Shown here piece by piece: positions 26,422 through 38,490 of a stretch of 64,000 nucleotides of DNA. Under the pieces are notes generated by a model. That model was not told the origin of the DNA, did no database searches, and saw only the letters and a list, made by a program, of their open reading frames with translations. The translations under genes were made by a program, and so were the position numbers. The DNA is taken from contig NC_092671.1 in the NCBI RefSeq assembly GCF_964355755.1, forward strand, positions 37,210,304 to 37,274,303, in the 5' to 3' direction. Position 1 is the stretch's first letter, and each line of letters begins with the position of its first letter. Origin of the DNA: Antedon mediterranea (Eukaryota; Animalia; Echinodermata).

Positions 26422-27249
26422 GTGTTAGCCAAATATACTGTACCTTGGTCTCCTTCAACTATTTTTATTCAACGTTGCTATATAGGTGTATATCTTCTGC
26501 GATCAGTTGAATATGTGAAGGATATTTTCTGATAATACGTCTGTTAAAAGGTGTATTGCACAATGTAAGGTACCAAGTTCACTGCAATGTACATATATAT
26601 ATAACAACGTTGTATTTGGATAACCAGGGTAGTAGGATACTGTAGTATTAAGAACTTTGTACTTTTGAGTAAATTTTAATTTAATAAGTAAATATAGGTA
26701 GACAAGCCGGTTGAACGTTGTGTTAGATAGTATTAACCATTTTGATATAAAATTGGCATTTTTACACAAGAGTATTCCCAATATTAAAAGTTGACTCGAA
26801 CTTTTTTAACACACTTATATATTATAATTTATGATATTATTCCCTTTTATGTTCATTTCAATCTTGAGTTTAAAATATTCAAACTTGTGTACTCTTAAGC
26901 AGAGTTTAATGAGTGTCTCGTCCTCAAGAGATAATATGGGTGATACCGTTATGATATTAATATAAATATTTTTTTTAATTAAATGTGTGTCAGTTGGGCC
27001 TACTTTGAATTCATGATCATTAGGCAATAGCAATAACTAATTTTTTAATTGGGAAAATTCAGGGAACTTTCTGCAATTTTCTACAGCTGTTCTTGCTGAA
27101 GGCAAAGAATATAATGAAGAAGTGGTATTACCAAAAGCACAAGGTAAGTGGTTTAGGATTATATCAACAATTATGGGATTCATTTTCAGTCACAGAGAAA
27201 TTATAAATAGCCCCCCGTAATATTTTGGAAATGAATGAAAATCTGTAAT

Positions 27250-27387
27250 GCTCTCTGTCTACACTATCAATTTATGTGACAAAAAAAATGTGAAGTGCAC
27301 GTTATATGGACATGATGTCATATCACTACCATGTTTGGGCACATCACACTTTTTTTTGTCAAGCTAGTTTGATAGTGTAGACAGAGC
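27250..27387. mobile_element. Short MITE (~140 bp)
   Basis: TIR CTCTGTCTACACTATCAA / TTGATAGTGTAGACAGAG. Confidence 0.7.
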
Positions 27388-27404
27388 TTTGGAGTAAGAG
27401 AAAA

Positions 27405-27474
27405 CCACCACTTAGATTCAAACCCGGAATCTTCTGCTTGTATGCGGACACCCTAACCATTAGACCACTGGACT
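27405..27474 (-). pseudogene. Degenerate tRNA(Val-TAC-like)-derived sequence, copy 3
   Basis: Minus strand TCCAGTGGTCTAATGGTTAGGGTGTCCGCATACAAGCAGAAGATTCCGGGTTTGAATCTAAGTGG has an A-box TGGTCTAATGG and a degenerate B-box GGTTTGAATC; the stems are imperfect. Confidence 0.5.
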
Positions 27475-27546
27475 TTCATGTTGTGGTTCAAATTTGATTG
27501 CATAGAGTATGGCGATGGCACGTCAGGACGGACATAATGTCAAGTA

Positions 27547-30500
27547 GACTTCGCTCGAGTTAACTTTACACATCGCTCTGACATCGCTCGAATTGAGTTT
27601 ATACATCGCTCGTGTTATGTTGACATCGATCGAGTTGAGTTTATACATCGCTCGTGTTATGGTGACATTGGTCGAGTTGAGTTTATACATCGCTCGTGTT
27701 ATGTTGACATTGGTCGAGTTGAGTTTACACATCGCTCGTGTTATGTTGACATCGATCGAGTTGAGTATGCACATCGCTCGTGTTATGGTGACATTGGTCG
27801 AGTTGAGTTTACACATCGCTCGTGTTATGTTGACATCGATCGAGTTGAGTATGCACATCGCTCGTGTTATGGAGACATCGCTCGAGTTAACTTTACACAT
27901 CGCTCGTGTTATGGAGACATCGCTCGAGTTAACTTTACACATCGCTCGTGTTATGGCGACATCGCTCGAGTTGAGTTTATACATCGCTCGTGTTATGTTC
28001 ACATCGCTCGAGTTAAATTTACACATCGCTCGTGTTATGTTGACATCGCTCGAGTTAACTTTACACATCGCTCGTGTTATGTTGACATCGCTCGTGTTGA
28101 GTTTACACATCGCTCGTGTTATGTTGACATCGATCGAGTTAAGTATACACATCGCTCGTCTTATGTTGACATCGTTCGAGTTGAATTTACATCGCTCGTG
28201 TTATGGAGACATCGCTCGAGTTGAGTTTACACATCGCTCGTGTTATGTTGACATCGCTCGAGTTGAGTTTATACACATCGCTCGTGTTATGGTGACATCG
28301 CTCGTGTGAGTTTACACATCGCTCTTGATATGGTGACACCGCTCGAGTTGAGTTTACACATCGCTCGTGTTATGGAGACATCGCTCGAATTGAGTTTATA
28401 CATCGCTCGTGTTATGTTCACATCGCTCGAGTTGAGTTTACACATCGCTCGTGTTATGGTAACATCGCTCGAGTTGAGTATACACATCGCTCGTGTTATG
28501 TTGACATCGCTCGAGTTGAGTTTACACATCGCTCGTGTTATGTTGACATCGATCGAGTTGAGTATACACATCGCTCGTGTTATGGAGGCATCGCTCGAGT
28601 TGAGTTTACACATCGCTCGTGTTATGTTGACATCGATCGAGTTGAGTTTACACATCGCTCGTGTTATGTTGACATCGCTCGAGTTGAGTTTACACATCGC
28701 TTGTGTTATGTTGAAATAGCTCGTGTTGAGTTTACACATCGCTCGTGTTATGTTGACATCGATCGAGTTAAGTATACACATCGCTCGTGTTATGTTGACA
28801 TCGTTCGAGTTGAATTTACATCGCTCGTGTTATGGAGACATCGCTCGAGTTGAGTTTACACATCGCTCGTGTTATGGTGACATCGCTCAAGTTGAGTTTA
28901 TACACATCGCTCGTGTTATGGTGACATCGCTCGTGTGAGTTTACACATCGCTCGTGTTATGGTGACATCGCTCGAGTTGAGTTTACACATCGCTCTTGAT
29001 ATGGTGACACCGCTCGAGTTGAGTTTACACATCGCTCGTGTTATGGAGACATCGCTCGAGTTGAGTTTATACATCGCTCGTGTTATGTTGACATCGCTCG
29101 TGTTGAGTTTACACATCGCTCGTGTTATGGAGACATCGCTCGAGTTGAGTTTATACATCGCTCGTGTTATGTTCACATCGCTCGAGTTGAGTATACACAT
29201 CGCTCGTGTTATGTTGACATCGATCGAGTTGAGTATACACATCGCTCGTGTTATGGAGGCATCGCTCGAGTTAACTTTACACATCGCTTGTGTTATGTTG
29301 AAATAGCTCGTGTTGAGTTTACACATCGCTCGTGTTATGTTCACATCGATCGAGTTAAGTATACACATCGCTCGTGTTATGTTGACATCGCTCGAGTTGA
29401 ATTTACACATCGCTCGTGTTATGGAGACATCGCTCGAGTTGAGTTTACACATCGCTCGTGTTATGTTGACATCGCTCGAGTTGAATTTACACATCGCTCG
29501 TGTTATGGAGACATCGCTCGTGTTGAGTATACACATCGCTCGTGTTATGGAGACATCGCTCGAGTTAACTTTACACATCGCTCGTGTTATGGTGACATCG
29601 CTCGAGTTGAGTATACACATCGCTCGTGTTATGTTGACATCGATCGAGTATACACATCGCTCGTGTTATGTTGACATCGCTCGAGTTGAATTTACACATC
29701 GTTCATGTTATGGTAACATCGCTCGAGTTGAGTTTATACACATCGCTCGTGTTATGGTGACATCGCTCGAGTTGAATTTACACATCGCTCATGTTATGGT
29801 AACATCGCTCGAGTTGAGTTTATACACATCGCTCGTGTTATGGTGACATCGCTCGAGTTGAGTTTACACATCGCTCGTGTTATGGTGACATCGCTCAAGT
29901 TGAGTTTATACACATCGCTCGTGTTATGGTGACATCGCTCGTGTGAGTTTACACATCGCTCGTGTTATGGTGACATCGCTCGAGTTGAGTTTACACATCG
30001 CTCTTGATATGGTGACACCGCTCGAGTTGAGTTTACACATCGCTCGTGTTATGGAGACATCGCTCGAGTTGAGTTTATACATCGCTCGTGTTATGTTGAC
30101 ATCGCTCGTGTTGAGTTTACACATCGCTCGTGTTATGGAGACATCGCTCGAGTTGAGTTTATACATCGCTCGTGTTATGTTCACATCGCTCGAGTTGAGT
30201 ATACACATCGCTCGTGTTATGTTGACATCGATCGAGTTGAGTATACACATCGCTCGTGTTATGGAGGCATCGCTCGAGTTAACTTTACACATCGCTTGTG
30301 TTATGTTGAAATAGCTCGTGTTGAGTTTACACATCGCTCGTGTTATGTTCACATCGATCGAGTTAAGTATACACATCGCTCGTGTTATGTTGACATCGCT
30401 CGAGTTGAATTTACACATCGCTCGTGTTATGGAGACATCGCTCGAGTTGAGTTTACACATCGCTCGTGTTATGTTGACATCGCTCGAGTTGAATTTACAC

Positions 30501-33248
30501 ATCGCTCGTGTTATGGAGACATCGCTCGTGTTGAGTATACACATCGCTCGTGTTATGGAGACATCGCTCGAGTTAACTTTACACATCGCTCGTGTTATGG
30601 TGACATCGCTCGAGTTGAGTATACACATCGCTCGTGTTATGTTGACATCGATCGAGTATACACATCGCTCGTGTTATGTTGACATCGCTCGAGTTGAATT
30701 TACACATCGTTCATGTTATGGTAACATCGCTCGAGTTGAGTTTATACACATCGCTCGTGTTATGGTGACATCGCTCGAGTTGAATTTACACATCGCTCAT
30801 GTTATGGTAACATCGCTCGAGTTGAGTTTATACACATCGCTCGTGTTATGGTGACATCGCTTGAGTTGAGTTTACACATCGCTCGTGTTATGGTGACATC
30901 GCTCGAGTTGAGTATACACATCGCTCGTGTTATGTTGACATCGCTCGTGTGAGTTTACACATCGCTCTTGCTATGTTGACATCGCTCGAGTTGAGTATAC
31001 ACATCGCTCGTGTTATGTTGACATCGATCGAGTATACACATCGCTCGTGTTATGTTGACATCGCTCGAGTTGACTTTACACATCGCTCGTGTTATGGTAA
31101 CATCGCTCGAGTTGAGTTTACACATCGCTCGTGTTATGGTAACATCACTCGAGTTGAGTATACACATCGCTCGTGTTATGTTGACATCGATCGAGTTGAG
31201 TATACACATCGCTCGTGTTATGTTGACATCGATCGAGTATACACATCGCTCGTGTTATGTTGACATCGCTCGAGTTGACTTTACACATCGCTCGTGTTAT
31301 GGTAACATCGCTCGAGTTGAGTTTACACATCGCTCGTGTTATGGTAACATCACTCGAGTTGAGTATACACATCGCTCGTGTTATGTTGACATCGATCGAG
31401 TTGAGTATACACATCGCTCGTGTTATGGAGACATCGCTCGAGTTAACTTTACACATCGCTTGTGTTATGTTGAAATCGCTCGTGTTGAGTTTACACATCG
31501 CTCGTGTTATGTTCACATCGATCGAGTTAAGTATACACATCGCTCGTGTTATGTTGACATCGCTCGAGTTGAATTTACACATCGCTCGTGTTATGTTGAC
31601 ATCGATCGAGTTGAGTATACACATCGCTCGTGTTATGGAGACATCGCTCGAGTTAACTTTACACATCGCTCGTGTTATGGTGACATCGCTCGAGTTGAGT
31701 ATACACATCGCTCGTGTTATGTTGACATCGATCGAGTATACACATCGCTCGTGTTATGTTGACATCGCTCGAGTTGAATTTACACATCGCTCATGTTATG
31801 GTAACATCGCTCGAGTTGAGTTTATACACATCGCTCGTGTTATGGTGACATCGCTCGAGTTGAGTTTATACACATCGCTCGTGTTATGGTGACATCGCTC
31901 GTGTGAGTTTACACATCGCTCTTGCTATGTTGACATCGCTCGAGTTGAGTATACACATCGCTCGTGTTATGTTGACATCGATCGAGTATACACATCGCTC
32001 GTGTTATGTTGACATCGCTCGAGTTGACTTTACACATCGCTCGTGTTATGGTAACATCGCTCGAGTTGAGTTTAATACACATCGCTCGTGTTATGGTGAC
32101 ATCGCTCGTGTGAGTTTACACATCGCTCTTGCTATGTTGACATCGCTCGAGTTGAATTTATACATCTCTCGTGTTATGTTGACATCACTCGTGTTGAGTT
32201 TACACATCGCTCGTGTTATGGTGACACCGCTCGAGTTGAGTTTATACATCGCTCGTGTTATGGTGACACCGCTCGAGTTGAGTTTATACATCGCTCGTGT
32301 TATGGAGACACCGCTCGAGTTGAGTTTACACATCGCTCGTGTTATGGAGACATCGCTTGTGTTGAGTTTATACATCGCTCGTGTTATGTTGACATCGCTC
32401 GTGTTGAGTTTACACATCGCTCGTGTTATGGAGACACCGCTCGAGTTGAGTTTATACATCGCTCGTGTTATGGTGACACCGCTCGAGTTGAGTTTACACA
32501 TCGCTCGTGTTATGGAGACACCGCTCGAGTTGAGTTTACACATCGCTCGTGTTATGGTGACACCGCTCGAGTTGAGTTTACACATCGCTCGTGTTATGGA
32601 GACACCGCTCGAGTTGAGTTTACACATCGCTCGTGTTATGGTGACACCGCTCGAGTTGAGTTTATACACATCGCTCTTGCTATGTTGACACCGCTCGTGT
32701 TGAGTTTATACATCGCTCGTGTTATGGTGACACCGCTCGAGTTGAGTTTACACATCGCTCGTGTTATGGAGACACCGCTCGAGTTGAGTTTACACATCGC
32801 TCGTGTTATGGTGACACCGCTCGAGTTGAGTTTACACATCGCTCGTGTTATGGAGACACCGCTCGAGTTGAGTTTACACATCGCTCGTGTTATGGTGACA
32901 CCGCTCGAGTTGAGTTTATACACATCGCTCTTGCTACGTTGACACCGCTCGTGTTGAGTTTATACATCGCTCGTGTTATGGAGACACCGCTCGAGTTGAG
33001 TTTACACATCGCTCGTGTTATGGTGACACCGCTCGAGTTGAGTTTATACACATCGCTCTTGCTATGTTGACACCGCTCGTGTTGAGTTTATACATCGCTC
33101 GTGTTATGGTGACACCGCTCGAGTTGAGTTTATACATCGCTCGTGTTATGGTGACACCGCTCGAGTTGAGTTTATACACGTCGCTCGTGTTATGGAGACA
33201 TCGCTCGAGTTGAGTTAACATAATATTATCACTCGTATTATGGTGACA
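27547..33248. repeat. 42-bp minisatellite, ~135 copies, with higher-order duplications
   Basis: Same unit as 3885-5474; identical ORF translations offset by 1008 bp. Confidence 0.95.
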
Positions 33249-34962
33249 CACATGCGCAACAGAGATAAACATTGATAAACGCCCTCATCTTCCAGTATAT
33301 TAGGCAAGAAGAAGAAAAAACAATTTAGATAAAAGGCACGTTCATTAATTTATTTTTTTTTTTTAATTTTAATCGTTTTAACAGTATATTACAGAGCCTA
33401 TGACGTTTTTGTAATCTGCATTTTTAATTATTTTTTAACAGTATTTTAACATAGGCCTATAAATAGTATTTTAACATTGCCTTTTGCAATTTGATGTATT
33501 TTTCTTGGTTGTCTTAATTATGCCAAGCAAAACGAATTTCCATTTTAAAGTCCACCAATCAAATTTCTTGAATCTTTTATTTTTAGCAATTAAACAAGAT
33601 GTACCACTTCCAAGTGAACAACAAATCATTCAGCTTACAGATTTTGTGTCCTTTCTTGAAAATTAAAAAAACTTTTATTTTTTAATGAAAATCAGAAAAA
33701 TTGTTTTATATCGGTGAAAACATTCACGAAAACATTTTGTTGAAGATTAGCAAGATATTAGTTTGTTCAAGAAATTGTTGGTAAGACGGTGAAAAACATT
33801 TTGTTGGAATATTCATATTGTTTAATCAGTGTACGATGAAAGTGATAACATTAATAAAGATAAGGTGGACAGTAGAATACTGAATCTTGCAGGCCATTAA
33901 ACCTGACATTTAAAAAGGTAACAACAAAATTATATTATGTTTTCATCATCTTATAGTTACTAAGTCAATAATCTAAAAGTTGCATTGTACATGAAATAGC
34001 TCTTTACTTCTAACAATTGCTATAATCCATATAATAATATAAATCCCTTTTACTATTTTTTAAAATATCCTTTATTATACTTAAATACAGTATTGTTAAT
34101 TTTATTTACAGTAATATAATAATATTATTATGAGACCTATACAAGTTTTTATTTCTGTTACCAGCGCGATTCACAGACAAAATAAACACCAATGTAGATT
34201 GTCAACACCATGCCTCTTCTGTAAAGATTTTATAAAAATACATAAAATAATTATAATCTTATTATTGGAGTAACATGTATATAAGGCAATTATACTAGTG
34301 TCAATATTAATATTATTATGTAACTTCTTATTATAGGGAACCCTTGGGGACACCTTAAAGAACCAACAAGCGTTCCCTTTTAAAGAGGTGTCCTCTGACT
34401 AGTATTAAAATAGTAAACATATTATTACCCAATCGGTCGTTTCAAGGGAAAGTGTCCCCTTAATAGGGGGTCCTGTTTAGGGGGTCACAAATGAGGGGTT
34501 GCACTGAAAGAAACCTGTGTAAATTAAACAACAATGCCAAGTTACAGATCTTAAAGTTACTGTATCATGTTATCTGTATAACCTTTGATAATGTATTCCC
34601 CCCCCCCCCCACATTAGAATACACAGTACGTAATAAAAGATATTAATGTGTACATTAAAATAAAAAATTGAAAGTAGAAATATTAAACATTAAACATCAA
34701 ATTTTTATATACTATATTAAAGTAAGGTCATGTGATTGTGTCGTGCGTAGTTCAATGAAAAAAAAAATGTTTTTAATTTTAAACTAAACCAAAATATTAA
34801 GATAACAACAGAACATTTAAACACACAACTTAAACAATTAAGACATAAATGGTAATAATTTAGTTTGTGTACACTAATTGCTTTAATAATGTGATTGTTC
34901 CTGATCTGTTCTAATTACGAACATTTAACAGAAATTTATCAATTATCTGGATGCATGTTATT

Positions 34963-37131
34963 TTAATAATTAAATATTTTTACATTGTTTGCTCTGTTGT
35001 TTGCCAATGCCACTCTTCTTGGTCTTTGTGAGATTACAGCAATCCCACATGGAAGACCCAACCCATCATCTTCGTTATCTATTCGTTTAATGAATTTACC
35101 ATTTTGATCAAATAGTTGTAGTTTATGATTACTGGATACTATCATATTCCCATCCATATCTATGGTTATACCATGAGGACCCCAGACTTTACCATCTTCT
35201 TTACTATAGCCTACAAGAATCTTTATCAGCTTATCATTACCATCAAACATTTGTATTCTGTCATTTCCAAAATCAACAACAATCAAATGACCATCCTTTG
35301 TTACAGCAACATCATATGGTTCTTTCATTTGACCTGCTTTACTACCTTCAGAACCTATCTTACCCAGTAGACTACCATCATCAATATTGAATTTAAACAC
35401 ACAGTGACATTCACGATCTGCTACATATAACATCCTGGTCTTTTGGTTTACTGTTACTCCCATTGGATATTTTAATACTCCTTTACCAAAGGTTCGGATT
35501 TCATGATATTGATTATCACACATTACAACACATTTACCTAAATAGTCACTATACACCATGTGACCATTGCCTATTTGATGCATTTTAATGACTTGTACAT
35601 TTTGTGGTATTTGTATCTTAGAAACAAAACCACCTGATTGATCAAACTTTATTAAATCTTTACTGTAGCTGGACACTAACATATATCCATCAGTATTAAA
35701 TACTACATCTGTCACTTTGTTTGTTTTATGATCTTCTTTATACTCTGATATGTTATCTATGGTATGTACAAGTCCAACTGGTTCCACCTTGATACTCACT
35801 GGTGAACCTATGACGTGCGACATATCTCCATCAGTAATATCCATGTGCCAGTCTCCTTCCAAATCACATCTACCTGTTACTGTGTACTCTCCCTTTCTGC
35901 GTGTTACTTCAGTGGTTGATTTCTCACCTGATGAGTTGCTTAGTGTGGCTGTTAATTGACCAACATCACTCTCTGCTAGAATTGATACTTTCACACTAAA
36001 TGGCTGTCCTTTTGTAACTGAAATGTTCTCATCTTCTTTATTAACATTGTGTACACCACCAACAGTGATAAGTTTACCAACACCTTCATGATTCATCAAC
36101 TCAACCAGTTTTGGAGACGGAATAAACTTTGGTGTAATTCTTGTTTTAGCAAATGATTTATCCAATTCATCTGCTGCAGCGTCATTCCCAACTACAGTGA
36201 TAGTTGTCTGGTATGATGCAAGGTTTTCTGTTTCTGTTGGTTTATTCATTGTTTTCTTGATTGATTCCATCAACGTGTTTACTTGTGTCAGCTTGGATTC
36301 AATACTTTTAACTTGACGATCAATCACTTTGCTTTGTTCTTTATAAATCTGTGTAAGATTTGCCATCATTATCTTTGTTTCTTCCTTCACCTTTCTGATA
36401 ATTGTCTTCTCATGAATTTCAATCGCTGTTCTGCTTAACTTCAAATTGGATTCAAACTCTGATCTCTCTTTAGTGATAACATCTAATCTCTCTTTTAGTT
36501 TTCTCTTAATTCCTTCAGCTGTCTTCATCGTTTCAGTAACAGTTGTATTAATCTCATTCAGAGCTATCTTCATTGGGATCACCTCATGTTTATTTCTATA
36601 ACAACGGACAATATGCTTGCAATCTTCACATGCAGGAAGTTTACATGTACGACAGTAATCTTCCAGTTTTTTATCCGGGTGATTTTGGCAGTTTAGTGAA
36701 TCTTCACTTTGTTCTTCTATGTCTGCATCCAGTGTGTATAGTGGATGGTTCTCTAGCGCAGGGAACATCTTATGATGTTGGATGCATTGTCGACACATAT
36801 ACATTTCACATTCAGAGCAATAGTCCTGAGGTTGATTCGCACATCTTGAGCATGCTTCTGGTTTTTCAGATTCAATCTTCTCAACGTATTCAACTAGGTA
36901 ACTGATTGTTTCATTGCACTTCAGATGTTTCAAATCACCATCTTTAAGATCGTAAGTCTCACGGCATTTTGGACATCGTATCTTGCCGTGTCTTCTCATC
37001 AAATCTTGCAGACAGTTAAGACAGTAAGTGTGAAGACAATTAAGCGCCTTTGGATCTGTGAATCTTTGTAGACAGATTGAACATTCCAGATCTCTTTTGT
37101 CAAAAAACTTCAATACTGTTTTAGCAGACAT
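34963..37131 (-). CDS. TRIM-NHL family E3 ligase, copy 4 (722 aa)
   Basis: Same architecture and length as copy 3; intact ORF. Confidence 0.95.
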   Translation of the reverse strand: MSAKTVLKFFDKRDLECSICLQRFTDPKALNCLHTYCLNCLQDLMRRHGKIRCPKCRETYDLKDGDLKHLKCNETISYLVEYVEKIESEKPEACSRCANQPQDYCSECEMYMCRQCIQHHKMFPALENHPLYTLDADIEEQSEDSLNCQNHPDKKLEDYCRTCKLPACEDCKHIVRCYRNKHEVIPMKIALNEINTTVTETMKTAEGIKRKLKERLDVITKERSEFESNLKLSRTAIEIHEKTIIRKVKEETKIMMANLTQIYKEQSKVIDRQVKSIESKLTQVNTLMESIKKTMNKPTETENLASYQTTITVVGNDAAADELDKSFAKTRITPKFIPSPKLVELMNHEGVGKLITVGGVHNVNKEDENISVTKGQPFSVKVSILAESDVGQLTATLSNSSGEKSTTEVTRRKGEYTVTGRCDLEGDWHMDITDGDMSHVIGSPVSIKVEPVGLVHTIDNISEYKEDHKTNKVTDVVFNTDGYMLVSSYSKDLIKFDQSGGFVSKIQIPQNVQVIKMHQIGNGHMVYSDYLGKCVVMCDNQYHEIRTFGKGVLKYPMGVTVNQKTRMLYVADRECHCVFKFNIDDGSLLGKIGSEGSKAGQMKEPYDVAVTKDGHLIVVDFGNDRIQMFDGNDKLIKILVGYSKEDGKVWGPHGITIDMDGNMIVSSNHKLQLFDQNGKFIKRIDNEDDGLGLPCGIAVISQRPRRVALANNRANNVKIFNY

Positions 37132-37680
37132 CTGTAAAATACAATACAGTATTTTTTTCAGTTAGTGTAAACTAAGATGTATTCCAGAAGGAATGACAGA
37201 GTGTGAGGATGCTCAACATAACCTTAATGTTGGCTTTGGATGGATGGCTAAGAAAGAATATAAGAAAATGGTTTCTAAAAATGTCTACAATTAAAAAGAA
37301 AAGCAACCAACATAAACTACGGTAACGGTAACCTCTGTAAGTTTACAAAAAAAAATCCCATCATCGCTACTGTATAATACAAAGGTCAACAAATATACAT
37401 AATGAATGTTTATGAGTTGAATGGGGTTAATTTTAATGATTATAAAAATTGAGGCTGTCACAAATACAACATTCGTTATTTGCTTCATAACCGTCACACA
37501 TTGTGTAACAACTTTTATTCAATTTCATGTATTGTAAATGGCGACACCACGCAGTAGATATCAAGTCGGCTTTCACAAATATAACCCAACCTATCGTATC
37601 GAATACCATTATAAAACTGTTTACACAAAGCTAAGAAGAGTGGCCTACAATAATATAGGGCCTACCTTCAATCGTTAAAA

Positions 37681-38460
37681 GGAGATTTACACACACCACA
37701 AATAGGTTAAGCTTCCAAGTTTATTCAGATTATACATATTTAACAATACATAATATTTATTTCTACTGATACTGTACAAGCAATGCTAAAAACTACTAAA
37801 GCTTAATAATAAACTACATTTGGCCTCTTGGGGGCTACCACTCATTTGACATCGCTGTATGAAAGGTCCAGTGTGTTGTCACAGGAGCCAGATCAAATGG
37901 TTGTTATTAAGTATATCGGTAAGGATGTAATAAGTGACATCCGTTAGGTAAATTGTGGAATTTGGGGGCAAAATAATTCCCCAGAATTATACCAGCCAAA
38001 TTAGCGAATAACCTGAGTAACATATGAGTAGCACCTGTGTTGAGTTAGGTGTTGGATGATGCCGGGGGATGGCTGGGTGGGAAAGATTGAAAAGTTTGTA
38101 CAACTATCGAACGGCTAATTTAACAATGAAGTGTGCTAGTATGCATCTTAGTAAACAACTGAAAACACACTGAATTCCCATTGGTTGCCAATTAGAAATT
38201 AGCCTATCCTACATTTTTGTGGTTCCACTATTAGATATACCCGTTGGTCTATAGAAATACATTGTCAATTACTGTGGTTGGAACTTTGATAAAGTGTCTC
38301 CCTTGACTAACATTCCGTTTTAATTACCTGTAAAAACAATATACCATTCATCCTAACACTTCTATTACTCTGAAATCTACCCACATTTATATACCACATC
38401 CTTAGTTAAAAGAAAGTACTTGTGCCGTGTATAAACTATAATTTATTACTTTAAATTTCC
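37681..38460. mobile_element. Unclassified ~780-bp insertion
   Basis: Interrupts gttaaaa|tga...aaataatacatggctgg as seen in the other units. Short inverted ends GGAGATTTA / TAAATTTCC. Confidence 0.45.
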
Positions 38461-38490
38461 TGAAAATAATACATGGCTGGATACAAAAGA

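Noticed and set aside
27405-27474. Functional tRNA-Val gene
   Set aside because: Mismatched acceptor, anticodon and T stems, a short anticodon loop and a degenerate B-box; kept only as a tRNA-derived relic.
27547-33248. CRISPR-like appearance of the 42-bp (and 54- and 48-bp) arrays
   Set aside because: Units are contiguous with no unique spacers, there are no cas genes, and the context is eukaryotic. These are minisatellites.
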